Of a DNA stretch of 64,000 bases, positions 32,979-54,235 are shown in pieces. The notes under the pieces are model-generated. The model ran no database searches. It was given only the letters and a program-made list of their open reading frames with translations, and was not told the DNA's origin. The position numbers and the translations under genes are program-made. Origin of the DNA: the human T2T-CHM13v2.0 reference genome, Homo sapiens. Position 1 is the stretch's first letter. Each line of letters opens with the position of its first letter. The stretch is taken from assembly GCF_009914755.1 (NCBI RefSeq), contig NC_060947.1; one strand, given 5' to 3'.

Positions 32979-33272
32979 CAGGTAAGATGCCATTGCTAAT
33001 GCCTGAAATCCCAACACTATAGGAATCCAAGGGGGAGGATTGCTTAAGCCCAGGAGTTCGAGATCAGCCTGGGCAACATAGAGAGACCCCCGTCTCTACA
33101 AATAATTTTTTTAAATTCAGCCGGGCTTGGTGGTTCATGCCTGGTCCCAGCTACTCAGGAGGCTGAAGTGGGAGGATTACTTGAGCCCAAAAGGTTGAGG
33201 CTGCAGTGAGCCATGATCGCACCACTGAACTCCTGCCTGGATGACAAAACGAGACCCCCGCTAAAATAAACA
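32979..33272 (+). mobile_element. Alu (AluJ-like)
   Basis: Diverged dimeric Alu. Confidence 0.88.
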
Positions 33273-34097
33273 AATAATGGCAAACAATGGGAAAATGTTT
33301 TAAAAGACAATATCATTTGCAATAGTATAAAAAATGAGCTATCCAGGAATTAATCTAGTGAACGATGTTGAAGACCTCTCCTATGAAGCATTGCTGAAAG
33401 AAATCAAAGAAGACCTAGATAAATGGAGAGATATATCATGTGCATGGATTTGGAAAGTGAATATTGTTAAGATCTCAATTCTCTGCAAATTGGTCTAAGA
33501 TTCAATGCACTCCAAATCAAAAGCACAGAAGGATATCTTTGTGTAGAAATTGAAAAGTTACATATAAAAGTTATATGGAAATGCAAAAGATCTAAAATAG
33601 GTACAGACAAATTTTGGGGAAAAGAGGAACAAAGTTGGCAGACTACACATCCTCAAGTTTTCAAGGCCTATTTTAAAACTCCAATATTTGAATGTGATAG
33701 GGATGCAAACACTGACAAAGAAATCCATGGAACAGATTAGGAAGTCAAGTAATTTATAAACCATTACCTGAATTACAGCAAAGCATCCATTGCAATTTAG
33801 TGAGTGAAAGAATGGCCTTTTCAGTAAATTGTTCTGGATCACCAGATCTATGCTTCATACTACACACAAAAATTTATTTAAGAAGGATTAGATATTATGT
33901 GAAATATAAATTAATAAAACATGGGATAATATCTTAAGGACCTTCAGGCAAGCAAAAATCCTTCATTAGGACACAGAAAACATAAACTTAAAAGGAGAAA
34001 TTGACAGATTGTACTTCATAAAAATTAAAAGCTTCTGTTCATCAAAAGGCATCCAGACAGTAAAAAGGCAAGCCACAGATTTAGAGAAGACATTCAC

Positions 34098-34200
34098 TAT
34101 ATATATAGTATATATATATATATATATATACTTAATGAATATATATATACATACACTATATATATGTATATATATTCACTATATATATACACATATATAT
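34098..34200. repeat. (TA)n-rich simple repeat
   Basis: TATATA/CATATA runs. Confidence 0.9.
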
Positions 34201-34701
34201 GACAAAAGACTTGTATCTAGAACGAAGAAAAACCCTACAAATTAATTTTTTTAAAAGACAGGCTACCTATCTTTTAAAAAAACGGGTAAAAACAGACTAC
34301 CTATCTTTTCAAAAAATGGGTAAAACACTCAGACCTTTCACTATAGAGGACAAACAAATGGCCAGTAGGCCTATTACAAGGAGTTCAACTTATTACCTAT
34401 CAGGACATGCACATCAAAATCATGCTGAGATACCAGTACACATCCATCAAAATAGTTAAAAATAAAAGGACTGACAATACCAAGTGTTGGCGAAAATATG
34501 AAGTAACTGAGATTTTCATAGGTTGCTGGTGAAGGTGTCAATTGGAAATCCATGTGCCAGAATCTACTAAAGCAGATCATATGTGTACCGTATAATGTAG
34601 CAGTGCCACTCCTATGTATATGCCCAAAAGAAATGAGTGCTCTTGTCCAATTTTAAGGCACATGCAAGAATATTCACAGCCTTGGGGATATTTAAGATAT
34701 A

Positions 34702-34940
34702 CCCAAGAGGCAAGAGGATTGCTCGAGTCCAGGAGTTTGAGACCATCCTGGGAAATATATCAAGATTCTGTCTGTTAAAAAAAAATATTTAGCCAAGAAT
34801 TGTGGCATGCACCTGTATTCCCTAGTGACCTGGGAGGATGACGGTGAAGAATTGCTTGAGCCCAGGAGTCTGAGGTTGTAGTGAACCATGATTGCCCTGC
34901 TGCACTGGAGTGAGATCCTGTCTCAAAAAAGAAAAAAAAA
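34702..34940 (+). mobile_element. Alu (AluJ-like, partial)
   Basis: GAGGCAAGAGGATTGCTCGAG...GATCCTGTCTCAAAAAA. Confidence 0.85.
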
Positions 34941-35167
34941 GCCCCAAACCAAAAATAACACAAAGGTCAGTCAATGGGAGAATAGACAAACTGTGATATA
35001 TTCATACAAATACTTCACAGCAATGAAAAAGAATGAACTACAAGGAAAAAACATGGATAAATCTCACATTAATGTTGAGTTTAAAAAGCCAGATATTTTT
35101 CAAAGTCTATTGCACGACAAGGTGACCACAGTTAATAATGTATATTTCAAAATTGCTAAAAGAATAG

Positions 35168-35483
<316 letters not shown>

Positions 35484-36924
35484 TAGATTTTTAAATATTC
35501 TCTACAAAAAAGTAAGTATGTGAGGTGATGCATATGTTAATTAGCTTCATATAATCATTCCACAATGTATACATATTTCAAAACAACACATTATATCTCA
35601 TAAACATACATAATTATTATTTGTCTAGTAAAAATTAAAATTTAAATTAAAAAAGAAGCCAGATGCTAAAGAATATGTATTATATGATACCATTTATATG
35701 AAGTTCAATAACTGACAAAAGCTATTTATAATCATAATGGTCACTATAGTGGTTACCTTTGGGGAGTGTTGACTGGGAGTGGACAGGAAGGAGCTTTCTG
35801 GGACAATGGAAATATTCTGTTTTAATGGAGTTAGTAGTTATGTGAGGGTATACTTCTGTAAAATCAATCCAGTAGTACACTTAAACTTTATGAACATTAC
35901 TTCATGCAAATTATACATCATGTTCTTAAAAAAATGGATCGTCAGGCCAAAAAAATAAAATCCAGCTATATGCAATGTACAAAAGACACATCAACATAAG
36001 GATTCAAAAAGGTTGAAAGTAAAATGATGAGAAAATGTTGTATCAGGCAAATACTAAAATAATTTAGTAGATCTATTTTAATATCAGAAGAAAATATACT
36101 TAAAGGTAATAGAGAAGAACTGAGTTACTACATTAAGCCTCTAACATTTTATGTCTTTTTTGCGGGGAAGAGTCACTTTTTGTTTTCTCTATTTGTTGTT
36201 TCATTTTTACTGAGTTCAAGGGAGGGGGAAGAAGTTTGGGGCTAAATGGTAGGGAGAAAGTAAGAAAGAAACAGGTGATTAGTATGAAGAATACTTCTCA
36301 GGTAGAGCCAAATAAGATAAGGAAACAGATTTTAGTTCATCTTGTTAATTAAATGTATGTCTCTGCCTGAACCTTTCATTATGATATCCTGACAATTATA
36401 AATTACATTTTTCTAAGAAATTTGCAGACTGGGTAAGCCAGAGTCTTAGAGGGACTTCCCAAAACCTGAGAGCTCAACCAATACGAAAGCCTTATTATTC
36501 GTTTTGCTTCTGCAAATAATTACTTGAAGAAAAATAAGTTTCCAGCAGGGAGTTGAAAGAATTGTTCTCCTTTGAAGATAAGACTTGTGAATATCCCATA
36601 GAGGAAGCAATTGGAAAGTAATGAGGCGAAAATGGATTATACTCTCACTTCTATGCCACAGGAGGAAAACGTTTCCTTTATAGGAAATTAATTCACACCT
36701 TCACTTCCTTCAGAATGGATTCAGAATGGGGATAGAGACAAGCTAAAAGGAGAAGGAAATTTTATTTGGTCACTCAATTTTAACCACCTACTTTGTGTAA
36801 GAGTTTTTCTCAGTGCCAGTGGTTTGGGTAAGTGTTTAATATATGAAAAATATATAGTTATCACCGGGAACTTAAAATATAGTAGGAATTTAAAATACAA
36901 ATAATAAAAGACAGACTATAATGT

Positions 36925-37628
36925 CTTTTTAGAATGCATTTTATGGTATGTATCTAAGGTATACAAAATTATGTTATGAGATACATATATAATCAAATGG
37001 TTATCATAGTGAATCAAATGATCATATCTATCATTTCGCATAGTTACCCATTTTTCCCATGTGGCAAGAGCAGCTATAAACTACTTGTTTAGAAAAATTC
37101 CTGAACATAATACTCTACTATTAATTACAGTCCTGTTACATATTAGATGTTTAGATTTGTTCATCCTACATATCTGCTACTTTGTATCCTTTGACCTACA
37201 TCTACTCATTTCCTCTCCCTACCTGCCCCAACACCCCTGTGACCACTATTTTATTCTCTATCTCCATATATTTGACTTTTTTGTCAGATTTCACATATGT
37301 GACATCATGCAATATTTTTTTGTGTGTCTAGCTTACTTTATTTAGTATAATGTCCTCCAATTCATCCATGTTGTGGCAAATGACAGGATTTCTTCCTTTT
37401 ATAGGGCTCAATGATATTCAATTGTGTGTGTGTATATATATGTACACACACACACACACACACACACAATCACAGATTCTTTATCCATTCATCCATTGAT
37501 GGACACTTGGGTTGTTTCCATATCTTGGATATTGTGAATAATACTGCTATGTACCCAAAGGAAATGAAATTATCACCTCATAAAGATATCTTCACTCTCA
37601 TGTTCATTGCAGCATTATTTATAACAAT
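36925..37628 (-). mobile_element. L1MA 3' fragment with short 5' inversion
   Basis: Minus-strand L1 3' end to 37551, then plus-strand L1 sequence 37552-37628. Confidence 0.75.
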
Positions 37629-37904
37629 TTATTTTGAAGGATGTGCAAAAGTACCATCTAGGCAGGACTACTGGAATGGCAGAGTGCACATCTCTATAAA
37701 ACCACCACTCCATAAAAACAATGGAAACAGTGACAAAAATGGTCAAAATCATCTTTTGCAGAACTCTAGAAGTTAGGTAAATATCTGTGAGAATCTGAGG
37801 AGTATTTATTCAGAAACTGCTAAATATTTCTAAGGACACCAGGATTTGTAGAATTATAACTTGATACGCTCAACTACTCCCAGACCTCTCTCAACAACTC
37901 CACA

Positions 37905-38820
37905 ATAGCAAAAATTAACCCACAAAATGAGACAAAATATTTGTACATCATATATCTGATCAGGGACTTGTAACTATATATATAACACAAAACTCAATAA
38001 TAAAAAGCCAAATAACCCAATTTTAAAAGTAAACAAAAAAAATCTAAATAGACATTTCTTCAAAGAAGATATACAAATGGACAATAAGTTCATGAAAAGA
38101 TGCTCAATATCATTAGGTATCAGGGAAATGCAAATCAAAACCACAATGCCCACTAAGATGGCTGTAATAAAAAATACAGACAATAACAAGTGTTGGTAAA
38201 GATGTCAAGAAATTGGAACCCTCATGCATTGCTGGCAGAAATGTAAAATGTTGTAACCACTGTGGAAAGCAGGTTGACAGTTCCTTAAAACATTAAACAT
38301 AAATTACAATATGAATTAGCAATTCCACCCCTAGGTATCTAGGATACGTCAATACAAAAACTTGTACACGAATGTTCCTAGAAACGTTGTTTATAACAGC
38401 CAAAAAGTAGAAACCATCCAAATGTCCATCAATGGATGGATGAATAAATAAAATGTGTTATACTCATACCATGGAATATTATTCTGCAATTAAAAAGAAT
38501 GAAATGTTCATACATGCTACAACACAGATGAATCTTGAAAATATTCTGCTAAGTGAAAGAAGCCAGACACAGAGGACCACATAATGTAGGATTACATTTA
38601 TATGAAATGTCCAGAATAGGCAAATACATAGAGACAGGAAGTAGATTGGTGGTTGCTAGGAGCTGGGGTAAAAAGGGAAGTGGGAAAGAGGTTTCTCTTC
38701 GAGGTGTTAAAAATGTTTTAAAGTTGTGCAGTGATGCTTGAATAACTGTAAATATACTAAAAACCACTGAATTGGTTTTTAAATTAGTGAATTGTATATG
38801 TGAATTATATCTCAATTAAA
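37905..38820 (+). mobile_element. L1MB 3' fragment
   Basis: ORF2 C-terminal remnant; 3'UTR ending GTGAATTATATCTCAAT. Confidence 0.8.
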
Positions 38821-39249
38821 CTTTTTTTTAAAAGCACTATTTGATGTGAACACTATGGTTACCAATTAAGGAGCTCAGAGGAAGGAGTTGACTGCTCAGA
38901 TCACTTCCCTGGTTGTTCTAGATTAGTTCTTCTCAAGTCTTGAGCAAGGCAAAGATTCAGATGGGGATGTTGGTAATTCCCAACAACATTAATTCCATTA
39001 GGTTTACACTTGATCAGAAGATCTGGCTGCACAGCACAGCCTCATTTAATCCTACCTGACACAATTTATTGCTCCTTACAGTCTGTTATCCCAGGGTCAC
39101 CAGCCATCTCCTAAACTGTGCAGATAGATGCCTCTCAATACCTCATATGTTATCTAATCTGGACCCGCCTCATACTCTCAAATAAGTGGCTGCCTAATTT
39201 CCTCTGCCATGGGTAGGAAAATAATGCTCCTCAAGCAGGAACTATATGA

Positions 39250-39420
39250 CAGGCACTGACTCATTTAATTCCTAAAGCAATGCTGTGAAATATGTACTAA
39301 TATCATTTCCATTTTACAGATCGGGAGTATGAGTCATGGAATGGTAATTTTGCCAAGGTCACAAAACTAGTCAGTAGCATGATTAGGATTTGAGCCCAGA
39401 CTGGTGCCAACAACAATGTG
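39250..39420 (-). mobile_element. MIR
   Basis: CCATTTTACAGAT...TTGCCAAGGTCACA...GGATTTGAGCCCAG core. Confidence 0.7.
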
Positions 39421-39984
39421 CTCAATCAAAATGCTATGCTGTGTTCCAAGAAAAGCTCTTTCACACCCTTCCTAGTCATTCTTCCCAAGTTTTATACATT
39501 TGCAGTTATCTAGTGAAGAGCAACTCCGTGTCTTATTCACTTTGTTTCCATTTGCATCCCTCCCCCTCCATCCAACATAGTTTTCATATCTTTAAATTCA
39601 CTGCTCTGACAACCAGAGCCCATCATTGGTTTCTATATTATCAGTTTACCCAGTCTCCTACCTTTGTAGCACAATGTAGCAATTTCCACTTTGTAGCACA
39701 AAATTCTGTGCAAAAATTCAGTGCAAAACTGAGCTCCCCTCCACCTCTAACTCAGCTGTCCCTTTCCAGTACTTCAACCCTCCCATATTTTTCAACACTA
39801 TTTCCCACACCAATAGCCATTCTCATAGCCATTAAAGAGCTCACAACAGTTGGGGTTCAGGGGACATGAAATGAGGGAAGACTTCATAGGGAAGATCGCA
39901 CCTGTTCTGGTCCCTGAAGGGCAGGTAGAAATGGAGGGAACATTCCAAAATAAGAATATATAAGTAAATGCATGAATAGCCAAG

Positions 39985-40160
39985 TGTCTAAAAGCAGACT
40001 TTGGGATTTGAAAGTTTGGGACTGAAATCCCAGGTCCACTAGCTGTATCATCTTAACCAATTTACTTAACTTCTTTAAACTTAAGTTTAAATTTTTAAAA
40101 ATCTAGATAATAATGTCTGCCTTTCTGGGGGTTGTGAGGATTGAATGAAATCATATAAAA
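39985..40160 (+). mobile_element. MIR
   Basis: AAATCCCAGGTCCACTAGCTGT...TTACTTAAC...GGTTGTGAGGATT. Confidence 0.6.
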
Positions 40161-40517
40161 CACAATCTCTCAATCAAGAAAAACAATCACCAATGAAGTA
40201 GTAAACATCAGTCATTCTTGGCAAACAGTAGTAGTTAACTTTGCCAGTGTTGGTGAATTTGGGAGAATAGCCTGGGAAAATAAATTCAGATCAGACCAAG
40301 GTAGGTATTTAAAGATTATGAGAATTTGGAAGAAAATAGACAATAGAGTTATCAAAGTTTGTGTGGGAGGAGAGAATGAGAGGGGGAATGAGAGGGGGAA
40401 AGAGAGAGAAGTGGGGGTGAGAGAGGGAGGAGAGAATGAGATGGGGAAAGTGAGAGAAGTGTGGGGGAGAAAGGGAGGGAGAGAGCCAAGAAGAGCGAGG
40501 GAGAAAAACGAAGAGGG

Positions 40518-40680
40518 TTAGCCGGACGTGGTGGCTGGCGCCTGCAGTCCCAGCTACTCTCCTCGGGAGGCTGAGGCAAGGGAATTACTTGAACCCGGGC
40601 GGCGGAGGTTGGCAGCGAGCCAACATCATGCCACTGCACTCCAGCCTGGGCCACAGAGTGAGACTCTGTCTCTAAAAAAA
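40518..40680 (+). mobile_element. Alu right arm flanked by GA-rich low-complexity tracts
   Basis: TTAGCCGGACGTGGTGG...GAGACTCTGTCTCT. Confidence 0.88.
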
Positions 40681-40854
40681 AGAAGAAGAGGAGGAGGAGG
40701 AGGAGGAGGGGAGGGGAGGGGAAGAGGGAGAAGGGTTGCTATAGGGAATGGTCAGAACTAAGCAAGTTACTTAGTATTTCTTTGTAACTCAATGTTATGT
40801 TTATTGTCTAGCACTCTCATTACACTTTGAGCCTCACAAGGATTCGAAACATGC

Positions 40855-40940
40855 CTATTTTATTCACCACTCTATATACAGAGCCTTGCACAATCTTTGG
40901 CACATAGTGAATACTTGATAAATATTTATTGAATGAATTA
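40855..40940 (+). mobile_element. L2 3' end
   Basis: GGCACATAGTGAATACTTGATAAATATTTATTGAATGAAT, typical L2 tail. Confidence 0.7.
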
Positions 40941-41199
40941 TGATGAGGAGGAGAGCGGAACCAAAAAAATAAAGATTCCGAGAATTCAAGATAGGTGACT
41001 GGGAGAATATAAAAGTTTGGAAGTGCGGAGGAAATAATGAGTTTAAATTTTGGACGTACAAGTTTGAGAAGCCTATAGTGCAGTCACGTTCATGTTTAGC
41101 AAAATTATTATGTGTAATTGGAGCTCAGATAAGGGGTGGGGGCTTGGGATAGGTTGTTGAGATTCATTAGCATACGAGTAGCAATTTAGATCACCCTGA

Positions 41200-41344
41200 A
41201 GAAGGGAGGCTTTAAAAGGGGGGATGCACCGGAAGTGACGCCAGTCAGAGGTTAACGGAAAACGGAAGCTGGCTGGCTGAGAAGAAGCTTCCGTTAGTCC
41301 TACCTTGAAGAGAAAAGAGCCAGATAAAGAGAAAGATTAAAAGT
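41200..41344 (+). promoter_or_regulatory. Distal NXT2 promoter / 5'UTR of long isoform
   Basis: CCGGAAGTGACG ETS-CRE overlap at 41229-41240; further CGGAAG sites at 41263 and 41288 (minus); MYB-type TAACGG at 41253 and CCGTTA at 41291; local CpG cluster. Confidence 0.7.
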
Positions 41345-48150
<6,806 letters not shown>

Positions 48151-50150
48151 AGGGGCAAAAGTCCATTCTCATTTGGTCCATTAGTTCCAGCAATTGAAAT
48201 TTATGTGAATTATTTTGATTGTAGAAGCACTATAATATGTGCTGAAACTAAATTTCTTTAATATTTTCTATTCCTGTCAGCACCTTTTCTAGCAGCTGCC
48301 AGTTTGGAGCATTGCCCTCTAAGAGCTTTAAAACTATTTTTTTACATGCCTTATATACATTCCACTAATGACATTCTTATAATAATATTAAACACATGAT
48401 CTTGGTACTAACATACTCACTGTGAACCCAGCCTATTGCAAAAATAAAATCTTTTTATAATATTATCTATGGGATGTCAGCACAATATAACACTCTGGGA
48501 AGAAGTGGAGTTTTTTGGTTATTAGGTTAATTTTCTAGTAAAACACGTTGCCTGTTTTCAGTTAACACTGGTAATGCCATTTTAATATATGGCTTTTTCA
48601 AATCAGTTCAGTGAAAATAGTACAGATTTAGGTTTACATAACTACTCTGACATACTGGAATTGCATATAGAGATGTTCAGTGGTCGTTTTTCATTTTAAG
48701 TAATTTTTGTTTTGGCATTTTTTTGTGTGAAGTAAATTAATCAACTAGAGAGGTGCAAAACGTTCTCAGTTGATATCTGAGTATTGGGTGCATTTGGTGG
48801 CTTAAAAGCAAAGCTTCCTAAAAAGATTTTTCTTGGCAGCTCCAGGTCTATACATTTAGGTAATGAATGGTAGTAGAACTAATAGCTTTAACAGGAGAAT
48901 AGGGAATGAGAAATAGAAATCCAAGGCTGAAGCCAAAAGTAAGGAGGGTGGCCAAATGGTAAACTATTGGTACTTGTTTTCTACCTCCTAAAAATGTAGC
49001 TTATTTTTAGGATTTAAATCACTAAGTAAATAAGTATCCTTGCCAAGTGATCATGAGTGTCATTTTTGTTCTAAGACTAATATTTTTAGATCTTTTTACT
49101 TCACCTCATACTTATCACCAATGTATATCTCCATTTATTCAATAACTTACTGGGGTAAAATAACAGCAATAAACCTAACCTTTTAACAGGGTCTAACATG
49201 AGAGTTGGAGTCAAAGCCATTGTTATCTTTTGGTGACACCCTTAAATTTTAAGTCTTCCAGTCTTCCATGTGAACTTTAGGCCCAAAGTTTCTTATGTAT
49301 CACACATCCCCCAAATAAGTGATTTTTTCCCAGTGCTTTGTACTGTCAACTGCATTATCTTTAATTATTTAAAGGTAGAATTATTTAATTTTGTGATTTG
49401 TTCTTCCATATGACATTGAGCAAATAGATCTGTTTCAAAATATGTTCCCGCTATGTGGATAACTCTTCTTTTTAAAAAGAAAATAGAGAATAGCAAATCT
49501 TCATGATAATCCTCAAAAGAACAAAATGCTTAACTTTATCTCTTAATTTCTAAAGGTAAATAACCTAGGTTCAGCTTTTGCTTAAACATTAAATATCTTT
49601 TCCATTTTTTAATGTTTGTAAGCTAGATATGCCAGCTTTGTTTCTACATTGCAACCAAAAACTGTTTCTTTTCACTTAATTATAAAACCAGTAATTCATT
49701 TACTCTTGCCCAAAACTATACACTGTATTTCTGTTATAGTAACAAAATAGAGTTATGTAGAATTGTATGGAACTCAAATTTAAACCATGCTTTCTTGTAG
49801 TACTGATTGAAACTTACACGTTTTATTCTACTCATAGTGAGCTTATTCTTATTTTGGATTGATTTTCCAAAACCACAGCTTCAGCAGCAACAATCAGAAT
49901 GTCCAAATGCTGTCCTTTCCCTTACAGAGAAGAACAATGGTAACTAAAAGCTGCATATAACTAGCAATAACTACATTGAACGGTGTGCATTGTTCATGAT
50001 TGTTGTGTTTTAAGACTTGTATATAAACTGCTTTTTCCAAACTCTGTATAACTTTTAAATGGCTGGAACTACTCGTATAAGGACTAGACTGTATTTTTGA
50101 CATGCTCCTATTTTTGTAACTTGAAAAAATAAAATTTTGCCTTGTGACAG
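48151..50150 (+). other. NXT2: NXT2 3'UTR
   Basis: AT-rich, apparently repeat-free stretch from the stop codon to the distal AATAAA; Pumilio-type TGTATATA at 50018-50025. Confidence 0.8.
50128..50133 (+). terminator. Distal polyadenylation signal AATAAA of NXT2
   Basis: AATAAA with several upstream TGTA elements and a T/GT-rich downstream element (50160-50200). Confidence 0.8.
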
Positions 50151-50528
50151 ATTTTCTCAAGATTGTTTTAAGGTCTTTTGATTTTTGTTCTTAGGTTTCA
50201 GAATGGTTACTTGTTTCTTTACAATATAAGGTTTTTTAAATTTAGAAAAAAATTACAGTAGTGTGTTGACAACAATGGTTAACAACTTGGATCTTCTTTT
50301 GGTTCTTTCTGTAACCTGCCACATCTGTCTCCTTTTCCTGCCAATTATTCACATTCCTGAGATCATCACTTGTTTGAGATACCTGTAGGTTTTTGGTGAG
50401 AAGTTGGAAATCTTAACCTTGAGAAACCAGCTAAAATGCTATATTCGATAGGCAGTGAAACCAAAATACAGTTGATTTCCAGAAAGAATGGTTCATTAAA
50501 TTTAATTCTACATTAAAAATATGTCAAC

Positions 50529-52650
<2,122 letters not shown>

Positions 52651-52703
52651 AAAAATATATATGTCAGCAGACTTTTTTGGAGGGGAATGAGAAGAAGCAA
52701 CAG

Positions 52704-52975
52704 CCAGCCAGGCATGGTGGCTTACGCCTGTAATCTTAACACTTTCTGAGGCTGAAGTGGGCAGATCACTTGAGCCCAGGAATTCGAGACCAGCCTGGGC
52801 AAAATAGCAAGACCACTGTCTCTACAAAAGTAAGTTAGCAGGGCAAAATGGCATATGCCCAGCTACTCAGGAAGCTAAGTTGGGAGCATCGCTTGAGCCC
52901 AGGAGCTCAAGGCTGCAATGAGCCATAACTGCACAACTGCACTCCAGCATGGGCAACAGCAAGACCTCATCTCTA
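52704..52975 (+). mobile_element. Alu (AluJ-like)
   Basis: Dimeric Alu. Confidence 0.88.
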
Positions 52976-53012
52976 ATTTTAAAGCACAGTAATAGCTCTT
53001 AAAATTAAATAT

Positions 53013-53170
53013 CATATTTTATCTCTTCAAAGATGCATGTATTTTTCACATTTTAACATCTCTGGAATTGGTACAGATCTTAAATTGATGCCATATTATA
53101 GTTGTGTCTCATTTCCCCTTTCTCAGTGGTAAAGTAATGGTGAGTCTTATAAACAATGGCATCTTAGGAG
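53013..53170. mobile_element. MER104-like DNA transposon MITE
   Basis: TTTTTCACATTTTAACATCTCTGGAATTGG...GGCATCTTAG resembles recalled consensus. Confidence 0.55.
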
Positions 53171-53947
53171 TTTTGCCTAGATAAAAATGGCTAGGAATCT
53201 ACTTAGGTCTAAATTTGTAGGCGTTAGTGGAAGTAAAAGGCTGTAAGCTTACAAGACTAATAATTCATGACTCAAACAAATTCTGTCACCATGCCATTTG
53301 TATTTCTTGAGTAGCCCATATGGCTGTAAGAGCCACAGATTCCTCAGTGAATTTGAGTCATGGTAACATTTTCATACTTTTTGGAAATCACCTAGTAATG
53401 TATAGTGTATCTATAAAGATAGCCCCAGTAAGGTTCAAGGATAAGCACAGTGTTTGGAAAAGGAGCAGGAAGTCAAAAGCCAAGAAGGTACTGTGAATTC
53501 TTTTCTGAAATTTTGATGAATTCACTATTTGCCTGAAATTGGGCAGGAAATTTGGTAGAAGGGGATTCCATTTACTGATTTTTGTTATAAGCCTGTGTTG
53601 TCCTTCCTGTCCTATGTGTGCTTTAACATAACCACACATATTTAGGGGAAAATGGTAAGGCATTTTTGGCTTTTTGATTTTGTAGTTGGCTCTGTATAAT
53701 AAAAGTATTTCATCGAAACACTTTTTTCCAAACTGCTGTATTCTATTAATAAATGCTTACCTTTTGCCAAATGCAGCTTTCTTTACAAAAGAGTTCTCAG
53801 TGACTCTCAGTCAGCTATGTAGGTCAGTCTAGCTTTCTAGGGAAGCAGTAAAAGGTAGAAAAATGTATTGTTGGAATAATGTGTCAGATGGAGGGGTCTT
53901 AGGACACAACATAAATCTGGGATTGTGGTATATGCATTCTTTAGAGA

Positions 53948-54042
53948 GAGAGCTTTCAAAATTTTCACTATGACCCACAGTGAGAAGTATATTTTACATC
54001 ACAACCCGGTATACAGATGCACAAGTAAACCTATATATGTGG

Positions 54043-54083
<41 letters not shown>

Positions 54084-54235
54084 ATGTCCAAAATAAAACT
54101 CACGTTTACCACTTGCAGTGTGGTCCTTGCATTTTCTATTTCATTCTATTATTTTTTTTAAATGCTGGTCATAAGTTGCTCAACTGATTTTTTTACAACT
54201 TCCTAACGGGTTGTACCATCAGTTTGAAAAACACA
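53948..54235. mobile_element. hAT-Charlie MITE with (TG)n
   Basis: GACCCACAGTGAGAAGTATATTTTACATC...CAGTTTGAAAAACAC termini. Confidence 0.55.

Noticed and set aside
39390-39869. 159-aa ORF upstream of NXT2
   Set aside because: TTG start inside a MIR, biased composition and no recognisable domain or splice context.
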